This document shows, piece by piece, positions 53,203 to 64,000 of a stretch of DNA of 64,000 bases. The position numbers and the translations under genes are program-made. Origin of the DNA: Octopus vulgaris. Lineage: Eukaryota. Location of the stretch: contig OX597832.1 in NCBI GenBank assembly GCA_951406725.2, positions 26,412,001 through 26,476,000 on the forward strand. Direction: 5' to 3'. How positions within the stretch are numbered: the stretch's first letter is position 1; every line of letters begins with the position of its first letter. The notes below the pieces were generated by a model. The model had not been told where the DNA came from and made no database searches. It was given only the letters and a program-made list of their open reading frames with translations.

Positions 53203-54395
53203 GTTTTAAATTTTGCCAGAAGGGCAGCCATTTTGGGGGAGAGGTCTATTTGATTACATCGACCCCTGAAAGGATGAAAGGCAACGTTGACCTTGGCGGA
53301 ATTCAAACTCAGAGTGTGAAGACAGACAAAATGCCGCTAAGTATTTTTCCCAGTGTGCTAATGATTCTGCCAGCTAGCCACCTTAATAATAATAATAAGA
53401 GCACTTGGAGAGTCGACCTTGGTGGAAGTTGAACTCAGAACGTAAAGACAGATGAAATGCCACTAAGCATTTAGCCCAGCGTGCTAATGTTTCTGCCAGC
53501 ACACCGCCTCAATAATAACAATCCTTTCTACTATAGGCACAAGGCCTGAAATTTGGGGGAAGGGGACTAGTTGATTGCATCGACCCCCAGTGTTCAACTG
53601 GTACTCATTTTATTGACCCTGAAAGGAACAAAAAACAAAGTCGATCTCGGCGGAATTTGAACTCAGAATGTAATGATGGACAAAATACTGCTAAGCATTT
53701 CACCCAGCATGCTAATGGTTCTGCCAGCACACCACCTCAATAATAATAATAATCTTTTCTATTATAGGTACAGGGCCCGAATTTTTTTTTTTTTTGGGGG
53801 GAAGGGCTAGTTGATTACACTGACCCCAGTTCTTGACTGGTATTTATTTTATCAACCCTGAAAGGATAAAAGGAAAAATCAATCTCACTGGAATTTGAAC
53901 TCAGTACCTGAAGACAGACAAAATATCATGAAGTATTTTGCTTGGCATGTTCTGATTCTGCCAGCTCCCTAGCTTAATAATCCTTTCTACTAAAGGCACA
54001 AGGCCTGAAATTTGGCAGGAGGATGGGTCTGTCAATTACATCAACCCCAGTGTTTCACTGGTACTCAATTTACTAACCCTGAAAGGATGATAAGCAAAGT
54101 GGACCCCAGCGGAATTTGAACTCAGAACATATAGATGGACAAAATGCCGCTAAGCATTTTGCCCGGTGCACTAATGATTCTGCCAGCTTGCCAGTTCAAC
54201 AACAACAATTGCTTCTGATTTAGCCACAAGGCCAGCAATTTTTGAGGGACTTGGAGATAGCTGATACCACTGACCACAGCACTTGACGGTACTTATTTTA
54301 CCAACCGCCTGAAAGATGAAAAGCAAAGTCAATCTCGTTGGGATTTGAACTTGGAATGTAAAAAAGAGGGAAGAAATATTGCAAGGCATTTTGTT
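53200..54395 (-). mobile_element. Array of about six family B SINEs
   Basis: Repeated ccctgaaaggatgaaag...gaactcag...ctgccagc units, mostly separated by (AAT)n or (AAC)n. Confidence 0.82.
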
Positions 54396-56169
54396 TGAGG
54401 CACTAATAATGAACTGGGGGTGGACAAAAGGTGACCACACTTGTCCACTAATTGAGAAACTGCATCATCAGCTCATTTTTGCCAGCTGAGTGAACTGGAG
54501 CAATGTGAAATGAAATGTCTTGCTCAAGGAGACAATGCATCGCCAAGAATTGAACTCACGACCTTACAATCATGAGTCAAATAGCCTAACCACTAAGCCA
54601 TGTGCCTTCACTTATGATAGAGATAAACACTTCCTTTCCACTTAAAACAATGATAATCACCATCACTAAGATGGGTGGGCAAGGATTAAATCCATTTAGA
54701 TTGAAATCTAAATGGATTTAGACAGAACAGTTTAAGTAAAAGACTGTAATTATTCCAATCATAAGAACCGAATGGTCGACGGAAAAGAGAGGATTTGTTC
54801 CAGAACAAGGAAATTATTGTCTCCGGCTGACGACAATGAAACTTCCTGTTAATTTCTCAGCAAAACGATTATGTCTCTTTGTTAGTCTGGATAAAACGCA
54901 GAAGTTCCCAAGACTAAAATGTTTAGAAGTTGCTAATGAACGATGAGAAAACTTTGAAGAACATCACTATGTGGTTAATAGGCTTGCTTCCACATGGTTT
55001 CAGGTTCAGTCCCACTGCACAGCACACCTTGAGCAAGTATCTTCTACTATTTTACTCCAGGTCAACTGATGCTTTGAGAGTGAATTTGGCTAACAGAAAC
55101 TGTATGAAGCCCATTATATGTGTGTGTGTGTGTGTGTATTGCTTGCGCTGGTGCCACATAAAAAGCACTGAGTCCACTCTGCTGGGTGGTTGGTGTTACG
55201 AAGGGCATCCAGCTGTAAAAACCCTGCCAAAACAGACACAGTAGCCTAGGGTAGCTTTTCTACCTGGTCGACTCCTGTCAACCGTCCTCTCCATGCATGC
55301 ATGGAAGACAGACGTTAAATGGTGATGATGATGATGATTCCAGTAATGATGCTAAGTTTGTCTTGGCTCTCTGTCTCCTACGATGGCAAGAGTTCCAGTT
55401 GATTCGATCTATGGAACTGGCTGCTCATGAAATCAACGGGCAACTGGCTGGCTGAGTAATCCATAGACATGCATCCCTTTAACCTGTTAGCCATAGGGAT
55501 GGTTTTTACGGCTGGATGCCCTTCCAAATGCCAACCCCTTCACAGTGTGGACTGAATGCTTCTTATGTGGCACCAGCACCAGCAGAGTCACCCAGTAACT
55601 TGCAGGACAAGGAATTTTGAAAGGGGAGGGGGCATCGGAGGCGGGGCTCTTAGGTCAGATGATGAAAGGTTAGAGTGTGACAGAGAGGCAGAAACAGGTG
55701 TCTTGCTATAGAGGAGGTACATGGTTACTCAGAAAGAGAAAAAGAGAGAGAGGGGGAGAACAACTATGAAATTTTAATTTTGCAGTTCCAAGGTTACAAA
55801 AGGAACATCTAATAATGTATTGCTGCTGTCTGTCTAAAAAGGGACCAAAAAGAATGGTCACTGCTGGAAAGTCTTTGGTTATAAGACTACAAGATCAGAA
55901 CAGACTTGGAGGACTAAACAACATCAACAACAACATATCTTCAGAAGATCTGAACCGACAATCTTAGGAGTGGCTGGTCCCTGATATCTTATCTACTGGG
56001 CCACTCCAGCTCTTAGCTTTATTTGTTACAAAGGTCAAAGACGTGTTTATCATGAAACGTATCTCAAAGATGAAGATAGGAAGATAAGGCAGTGCAGACC
56101 CAGCCAGTTGTAGGATAGGATAGCGCCGAAAAGAGGAAACAAAAACCAATCCTGCCAAGACTTTATGTC

Positions 56170-56590
56170 AGCAATGAGGATGGCGGCGGTGATGGTGGCA
56201 ATGGTGAAGCAGTGGAGGTGGTGTCAGTGGTGATGGTAGTGATGATTGCAGTAGTGGCGGTAGTGATGGTGGTGGTGGCGACGGCGATGGTGGTGGTGGC
56301 AGTGGTGAAGGTGATGGTGGTGATGGTAGTGATGATTGCAGTAATGGCGGCAGTGATGGTGGTGGTGGTGGCAATGACGGCGGTGGTGGTGGTGGTGGTG
56401 GTGGCAGTGGTGGTGATGGTAGTGATGATTGCAGTAGTGGTGGTAGTGATGTTGGTGGTGGTGGTGGTGGTGGTGGTGGCAGTGGTGATAGTGGCGGTGT
56501 TGGTGGCGGTGATGATTGTGGTGGTGATGATTGCAGTAGTGGTAGTAGTGATGGTAGCAGTGACAGCTGTGGTGGTGGTGGTGGTGGTTG
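56170..56590. repeat. (GGT/GAT)n low-complexity tract
   Basis: Direct inspection; gives rise to the poly-Thr and poly-Val ORFs. Confidence 0.9.
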
Positions 56591-57124
56591 TATTCTTCGT
56601 CATTGACTTAGTAACAAAGAAACTTAATAGTTATTTACTAATAATCTTGGCAAACTTAAACAGACATTTTGATTTACACACCAAGATATGACCAGATTAT
56701 TTAATTTCTATTTTTTTTTTCTTTTGGTTTATATTACATTTTTTCCCCTCTTTGTATCTTAGCAACACTGATAGTAAATGGCTATTTATTCCTTTTATTC
56801 CTCATTTTTCCTATTACCACCCTGTCCTTGACTAATGCTTCCTTCTGAAGAATACATATATTGAGTTCTACACCAGGTTTTTAATCTTGAAATGCTTATG
56901 AGAAATATATATATATATATATAAAATAAGAAAATGGAGAAATACACCTTAATCAATAATCAACTACCAGATAATACCCAATCACATAATTCATTAACCC
57001 ACTACATATGAACATCAAGGTCAAACATAATAGTATAGAACAAAACGATGCACATCAATGAGTAATATGATACAATAAGTACAATATGTATAAGTGAATA
57101 TAAATAAATATAAATATAAACTAC

Positions 57125-57251
57125 ATCTTACAGCTGTTTCAGCCATGTAGCTATGAGTATCTCATTATGCTCATATTAGCCAGGTGTGATAAGTTAATAT
57201 GTGGTTATAAATGAGACACTTACAAAAATATTCCAAGGCCTCTTCAGAGAT
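57125..57251 (-). ncRNA. Type I hammerhead ribozyme motif with intact core and 92-nt loop 2
   Basis: Reverse complement: ATCT CTGAAGA GGCC [92 nt] GGCT GAA ACAGCTGT A AGAT. GUA cleavage triplet; self-complementary stem III ACAGCTGT. Confidence 0.7.
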
Positions 57252-57910
57252 TATAAAGTACAATCTAAATATGAATATCAGAGGAGGTACACCCATACAA
57301 GAGTCGGTACAAACCCATAATATATAATATACACATACATATGAGTGCATATACCCATGCTCCTATATATATATATATATATACACACACACATATACAT
57401 AATAATATACAACAATATACATACATATGTTCTATATTCAATATATTATGAGTGTGATCGTTGACAGAACGGCTAACCGGCTTCCATGCCAGTGGCACAT
57501 AAAAGGCACCATTTGAGTGTGATCGTTACCAGCATCGCCTTACTGGCACTTGTGCCCGTGCTAGTAAGGTACCAAGAGCACCATCCGAGCGTGATCGTTG
57601 CCAGAGCGGCTAACTGGCTTCCATGCCGGTGGCATGTAAAAGGCACCATTCAAGCGTGATCGTTACCAGCGTTGCCTTACTGGCACCTGTGCCGGTGGCG
57701 TGTGTAAAAAGATTCAAGCGAGGTCGTTGCCAGTACCACCTGACTGGCCCCCGTGCCAGTGGCATGTAAAAGCACCCACTACTCTCTCGGAGTGGTTGGC
57801 CAGATCAAGATTGGAGCCTGGTGCAGCCATCTGGTTCACCAGCCTTCAGTCAAAATCGTCCAACCCATGCTAGCATGGAAAGCGGACGTTAAACAATGAT
57901 GATGATGATA

Positions 57911-58703
57911 AGGCATAGACATGGCTGTGTGGTAAGAAGTTTGCTTACCAACCACATAGTTCCAGGTTCAATCCCCTTGCATGGCACCTTGGGCAAGTGT
58001 TTTCTACTATAGCTTCAGGCCAACCAAAACCTTGTGAGTGGATTTGGTAGACAGAAACTGAAAGTAGTTCATAGTATGTGTGTGTGTTTGTGCCCCGCCC
58101 TCCACCGCTTGACAACTGATATTGGTGTGTTTATGGCTCAGTAACTTAGCAATTCAGTAAAAGAGATCAACAGAATAAGTACCAGGCTTTAAAAAAAAGA
58201 GTACTAGGGTCAATACATTCAACTATAAATTTCTTCCAAGTGGTGCTCCAGCATGGCCACAGTCTAATGACTGAAACAAGTAAAAAATAAAAGATATATA
58301 TATATATATATTCTCTTTTACTCTTTTTACTCTTTTACTTGTTTCAGTCATTTGACTATGGCCATGCTGGAGCACTGCTTTTAGTCGAGCAAATCGACCC
58401 CAGGACTTATTCCTTGTAAGCCAAATACTTGTTCTAGCGGTCTCTTTTTGCCAAACCACTAAGTTACGGGGACGTAAACACACCAGCATCGGTTGTCAAG
58501 CAATGTTGGGGGGAACAAACACAGAACACACAAACACACACACAAACATAAGACAGGCTTCTTTCAGTTTCTATCTACCAAGTCTATTCACAAGGCTTTG
58601 ATCTGCCTGAGGCTATAGGAGAAAACACTTGCCCAAGGTTCCACACAGTGGGACTGAACCCAGAACCATGTGGTTAGGAAGCAAGCTTCTTATCACACAG
58701 CCA
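57911..58703. mobile_element. Tail-to-tail pair of family A SINEs (+ 57911-58290, - 58312-58703)
   Basis: Two near full-length copies separated only by (TA)n. Confidence 0.85.
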
Positions 58704-59543
58704 ATGTATACAACACATAGCTACATGTATGTATGTGTACTATTTCCCTTCCTTGAGTATTGAGAATAGCAATAACTCTTTTTTTATACACTAATTTGTC
58801 TTTGTTTTGTTTTCAAAAGAAGAGCATGACTTGTGACATGATTGGTCAAAGATAGGTTTTTCCATAGGTCAAGGTGGACCATACATCTGCATATGTTTGC
58901 ACAGATCTGGGCAAGATTTTTCTAAGAAGACTGGCAGCTACTCATACAAGCAAGTCTCCACTCAAGACTACTTTCAGACCCCAAATTGGATGGGAGGATC
59001 CTCTCAAATTTCAAGAAAACTATAGGATTTTGGAGTTCCCTCCATTTTTTCCTTTTTTTTCTTGATACTCACAAGCCCCTCTTTAGCTCCCTCTCTAAGT
59101 CCCCCCAGTCAATGTGTCAACTACAAACGTCTCTTATATGCCCAGATGATATTTAACTAGGCAACAATTTACTCAATCTATCAAATAATCTATAATTATT
59201 TTAACGCTTATAGCCAGAGGCAGCTGTGAGGTTGACAGTTTAGTTTCTCACAAGAGAAACATTGCATGACAAAATATAATAATGAATATGAAATCGTGAC
59301 ATAAACATATGAATATATTTTTATCTCTGGTAGAATCAAAAGAAACAAACAACAATAGAATGGAAATAAACCAGTAAAGTAGAAAAAAATTTAATATAAA
59401 AAAATCTATAGCATTGTATTATGAGAAATAAATTTCCCATGTCACGATTTTTGTTATTAGCTTAAATCTATCTTTAGCCACAGATCCAGTCGCATGCACA
59501 CAAGCTTAGACACACGCACACACATACATATATGCACATATAT

Positions 59544-59948
59544 GGCGCAGGAGTGGCTGTGTGGTAAGTAGCTTGCTAACCAACCACATGGTTCCGGGTT
59601 CAGTCCCACTGCGTGGCATCTTGGGCAAGTGTCTTCTGCTATAGCCCCGGGCCGACCAATGCCTAGCGAGTGGATTTGGCAGACGGAAACTGAAAGAAGC
59701 CTGTCGTATATATGTATATATATGTATATGTATGTGTGTGTATGTGTTTGTGTTTGTACCCCTAGCATTGCTTGACAACCGATGCTGGTGTGTTTATGTC
59801 CCTGTCACTTAGCGGTTCGGCAAAAGAGACCGATAGAATAAGTACTGGGCTTACAAAGAATAAGTCCTGGGGTCGATTTGCTCGACTAAAGGCGGTGCTC
59901 CAGCATGGCCGCAGTCAAATGACTGAAACATGTAAAAGAGTAAAAGAG
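59544..59948 (+). mobile_element. SINE family A (full length)
   Basis: ggcgcaggagtggctgtgtgg...gactgaaacatgtaaaagagtaaaagag. Confidence 0.9.
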
Positions 59949-60424
59949 ATATATGCACAGACACACAATGTCACCTCTATATAGACACGCACACACATGT
60001 ATGTACCTACGTACACGGATCACCAAATTGTTTCATGTTAGGGTTCGTAAAAGTTTTTACGAGCCATAAGTTAATGACAATCCATAAATCCATAAGTTGA
60101 TGGCAATCACTCTGATAATGTCACGTAGAGAGAGAGAGAGAGAGAGAGAGAGAATAACACAAGTTTACCTACAAAAAACAGAGACACCCACACAAACGCA
60201 TGAAATCTTTGACCCACATCAGTGTAGTAATAGCTTCTTAGCCACAGAGTTCGTATTTTTAACATTTAAGTGTGTTGAATATTGTGTTGTTTGACTGTAA
60301 AAGATTGAGTTGAATTGTTACAATGAATTCGGTCACTACGTCTCGTACGCTGAGCAAGTGTGCTTACGGTTGGCTTATTGTGTTAGTGTTTAACCATTTT
60401 TTGCTATTGTACTTTTGCTGTATA

Positions 60425-60755
60425 ATGGAAATTGTAGTTGTGATACCTGTGCTGGTGGCACGTATAAAGCACCGTCCAAACGTGGCCGATGCCAGCGCTG
60501 CCTTGACTGGCTTCTGTGCCGGTGGCACATAAAAAGCACCAACCGATTGTGGCCGTTGCCAGCCTCCCCTGGCACCTGTGCCGGTGGCATATAAAAAGCA
60601 CCCACTACACTCACGGAGTGGTTGGCGTTAGGAAGGGCATCAAGCTGTAGAAACACTGCCAGATCAGACTGGAGCCTGGTGCAGACCCCGGTCGAACCGT
60701 CCAACCCATGCTAGCATGGAAAAACGGACGTTAAACAATGATGATGATGATGATG
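60425..60755 (+). mobile_element. RTE-related non-autonomous element, family C (representative)
   Basis: Tandem gtgccggtggcacgtaaaaagcacc units, then ggcgttaggaagggcatc, ggacgttaaa and a (GAT)n tail. Other copies near 12775, 13380, 16785, 20690-21362, 35388, 36466, 43165, 46240, 47478, 48944, 49846, 57450 and 62915. Confidence 0.8.
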
Positions 60756-61339
60756 ACACACACATATATACACACATACACACACGACAGGCTTCTTTCA
60801 GTTTCTCAGTCTACCAAATCCACTCATAATGTTTTGGTTGGCCTGGAACTACAGCAGAAGATCCTTGCCCGATGCTGTCACAAAACAAGACTAAACCCTC
60901 TTTAGCATTTCTCCATAAACGGCAAAAATAATGCTGCTAAATATTCCTAGCTGTCTTCTATTGAAATAGAAATTCTGTCATCTTATTTGTTTCTTACTTA
61001 GCTCAGGTACCTCCTGGGCACACCACGTTTAACCTCTCATAGAGACCTCGCTGACGACAGACAGACTGCACCATGAATTCCATGTTTACTCTTCAGCGCA
61101 AGAAAAAGGCATTCCATCCTGAACTCCTGCCAATGATGTGTCTATAATGGTGCCAGACTATCAGACATGCAGCCAACAAATCCACGTACCATATCTTATC
61201 GATGGCACTCTATTCACAGCTGAGACATTCAGCTATCAAATTACACTGTCTACACAAGATGTAAATAGTTACCAGACAGAAGGAAACATTCTTTGGCATA
61301 ATTACAGTTTGGTGCCCCACAGAATTTGTTTCCTCATAA

Positions 61340-61695
61340 CTCTTTTACTTGTTTCAGTCATGCGACTGTGGCCATGCTGGAGCACCGCCTTTAGTCGAGC
61401 AAATCAGCCCCGGGACTTATTCTTTGTAAGCCTAGTACTTATTCTATCGGACCCTTTTGCCGAACCGCTAAGTTATGGGGACGTAAACACACCAGCATCG
61501 GTTGTCAAGCGATGTTGGGGGGACAAACACAGACACATACACACACACATATATATATATTATATATACGACAGGCTTCCTTCAGTTTCCGTCTACCAAA
61601 TTCACTCACAAGGCTTTGGTCGGCCCGAGGCTATAGTAGAAGACACTTGCCAAAGGTGCCACGCAGTGGGACTGAACCCGGAACCACGTGGTTGG
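61340..61695 (-). mobile_element. SINE family A (5' truncated)
   Basis: Reverse complement of the consensus; accounts for ORF 61512..61868. Confidence 0.85.
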
Positions 61696-62078
61696 GAGCT
61701 GGGGGAGGGGGATTTTTTCTTTCTTTCTTTCTTATTTTTTTCTACCACTTCCTTTTCCCCCACCCATTTTTGCTAGCAAAAGGACTAGAGTCTGAAACAT
61801 CAAAGACTTTTTCCTCTCCCCTCAAGTGTTACACTAATAACACATTCATTCAAACTTATCTCCCTTAGTTTTGTCTTTTACCTTGTTTTCGCTCATACAC
61901 ACACACACATATGTATATATATGCGCATACTCACATACATACATAGGGCATACGGCCTGGTGGTTAGGGTGTTGCATTCATGATAGTGAGATTACGGTTT
62001 CAATTCTCAACTAGGTGATGCATCGTGTTCTTGAGCAAAACACTTCATTGCTGCAATCACTTTGGTATCTGATATGTG

Positions 62079-62425
62079 TGGAGGCGCAATGGCCCAGTGG
62101 TTAGGGCAGTGGACTCACAGTCATAGGATCGCGGTTTCGATTCCCAGACCAGGCGTTGTGAGTGTTTATTGAGCGAAAACACCTAAAGCTCCACGAGGCT
62201 TTCACCACAACTTTCTCTCACTCTTACTTCCTGTTTCTGTTGTACCTGTATTTCAAAGGGCCAGCCTTGTCACTCTCTGTGTCACGCTGAATATCCCCGA
62301 GAACTACGTTAAGGGTACACGCGTCTGTGGAGTGCTCAGCCACTTGCACGTTAATTTCACGAGCAGGCTGTTCCGTTGATTGGATCAACCGGAACCCTCG
62401 TCGTCGTAACCGACGGAGTGCTTCC
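62079..62425 (+). mobile_element. SINE with family D head and a different 3' tail
   Basis: Head nearly identical to 10128; tail ...caaccggaaccctcgtcgtcgtaaccgacggagtgc. Confidence 0.78.
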
Positions 62426-63381
62426 ACATCTGATATGTGACACACCATTCAGCCGTTAGAGACGATGATGATCTGATCCAAGGAGTGACATAATATACAA
62501 TGCAAACATTTGATCACCGTAAACAAATCTTCTGCGCTGCTTGTTCAGCAAGAACCAGTAGAACCCACACCTGTCATCTGCACCGAACGAGACCACAAAA
62601 CATAACCGCATACAAACATGGGTGGGTATGTATATATGTGAATGTGTATGTATGTGTGTGTATGTATGTATATGTGTGTGTATGTATATATGTGTGTATG
62701 TATATATGTGTGTGTATGTATGTGTATATGTGTGTGTATGTATGTGTATATGTGTGTGTGTATGTATGTATATATGTGTGTGTGTATGTATGTATATATG
62801 TGTGTGTGTATGTATGTATATGTGTGTGTGTGTGTATGTATATTTGTATGTGTAAGTATGTATATATATATGTGTGTGTGTGTGTATGTATGTGTATATA
62901 TATATGTATGTATGCATCATCATCACCGTTTAATGTCTGTTTTCCATGCTGGCATGGGTTGGACAGTTTGACTGGGGACAGGCAAGCCAGGAGGTCGCAC
63001 CAGGCTCCAATCTGATCTGGCAAGGTTTCTATAGTAGTAGGATGACCTTCCTAATGCCAACCACTCCAAGAGTGTAGTGGGTGCTTTTTACGTACCACCG
63101 GCATGGGAGACAGTCAGGCGGCACTGGCATCAGACATGTATATAAATATATATATATATGTATATATATATATTTGTGTATATATGTATGTATATGTGTG
63201 CATATATATATATATATATATGTATATAGGCGCAGGAGTGGCTGTGTGGTAAGTAGCTTGCTTACCAACCACATGGGTCTGGGTTCAGTCCCACCGCGTG
63301 GCATCTTGGGTAAGTGTCTTCTGCTATAGCCCCGGGCCGACCAATGCCTTGTGAGACGGAAACTGAAAGAAGCCTGTCGCA

Positions 63382-63429
<48 letters not shown>

Positions 63430-63528
63430 AGTAAACACATAAATGTGAAACAAGGTGGAAAAAGAGTACTCAAATACCAGTGGTAGAGTAATATGCTTTA
63501 TTTTAAGCAGCAGAAAATTCAACAAAAT

Positions 63529-63566
63529 CTGTTACTCTGAGTTTCTCGTTGCCGTTCATCAGACAG
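63529..63566 (-). ncRNA. Minimal type I hammerhead motif (left arm of palindrome)
   Basis: Reverse complement: CTGT CTGATGA acg gcaa cga GAAAC tcaga GTA ACAG. Confidence 0.68.
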
Positions 63567-63589
63567 TTTTGCTAGAATTCTAGCAAAAA

Positions 63590-63622
63590 CTGTCTGATGA
63601 AGCGAGAAACTCAGAGTAACAG
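63590..63622 (+). ncRNA. Minimal type I hammerhead motif (right arm; stem II collapsed)
   Basis: CTGT CTGATGA agcga GAAAC tcaga GTA ACAG. Confidence 0.55.
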
Positions 63623-63654
63623 ATTTTGTTGAATTTTCTGCTGCTTAAAATAAA

Positions 63655-63702
<48 letters not shown>

Positions 63703-64000
63703 TTGTGTGTCTGTGTTTGTCCCCCTAGCATTGCTTGACAACCGATGCTGGTGTGTTTACGTCCCCGTCACTTAGCGGTTCAGCAAAAAGAGTCCGATAG
63801 AATAAGTACTGGGCTTACAAGGAATAAGTCCCGGGGTCGATTTGCTCGACTAAAGGCGGTGCTCCAGCATGGCCACTGTCAAATGACTGAAACAAGTAAA
63901 AGAGTAAAGAGTACATGTATATACATATATGTATGTATATGTGTGTGTGTATGTATGTATATATATATATATACACGTGTGTGTGTATATATATATATTT

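Larger units (their letters stand above)
63428..63658. mobile_element. Palindromic Penelope-like terminus inserted in the (TA)n tract of a SINE
   Basis: Arms about 63493-63577 and 63578-63658, centred on GAATTC (63575-63580); (TA)n on both sides. Confidence 0.7.
63229..63912 (+). mobile_element. SINE family A hosting the palindromic hammerhead element
   Basis: Head 63229-63380; body resumes at about 63690. Confidence 0.88.

Noticed and set aside
54822-54848. CTGACGA...GAAAC hammerhead-like spacing
   Set aside because: No stem II and no stem III pairing; probably chance.
56163-56691. Mucin-like poly-Thr and poly-Val ORFs
   Set aside because: Simple trinucleotide tract with no splice or homology support.
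60447-60605. CRISPR-like repeat-spacer pattern (26-bp palindromic repeats with 36-41-bp spacers)
   Set aside because: Eukaryotic context, no cas genes, and the spacers are related to each other and recur in dispersed retroelement copies.
61005-61340. Start of ORF 61138..61776 as a gene
   Set aside because: The second half is a SINE and the first half has no motif I can recognise; it may be a decayed transposon.
62571-62577. ATGACAG between tgcag and gtgtgg as the GCC2 start microexon
   Set aside because: ATG ACA G ends in phase 1, but the next exon needs phase 0, and the donor is weak.

Overview
Eukaryotic, AT-rich, microsatellite-dense DNA whose repeat content points to an octopus (coleoid cephalopod); this taxon call is inferred, not proven. 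Most of the window is one minus-strand gene encoding a very long coiled-coil golgin, recognised as GCC2/GCC185 from its N-terminal motif LDNFSREDLVRFIKKQTLVLQKTRSQCE. Eight phase-compatible coding exons lie between 51553 and 2289 (4596 nt, 1532 codons). They include a 3906-nt giant exon with a recent 348-nt tandem duplication, and one intron is GC-AG. The ATG exon and the GRIP-domain exons were not found in the window. The introns contain a near-complete Tc1 transposon, mariner and maT fragments, piggyBac MITEs (including a composite MITE-cargo-MITE present twice), R4/Dong-like pieces in (TAA)n tracts, RTE and other restriction-like-endonuclease (RLE) retrotransposon fragments, and many copies of about five SINE-like families. 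The most unusual signal is a set of minimal type I hammerhead ribozyme motifs in palindromic, Penelope-like termini. These include a G3-C8 covariant core, one with a 92-nt loop 2, and one fused to a tRNA-derived SINE head. Nearly all short ORFs in the supplied track are microsatellite or SINE artefacts. Repeat boundaries are approximate (about +/-10 nt); exon and ribozyme coordinates were counted by hand.
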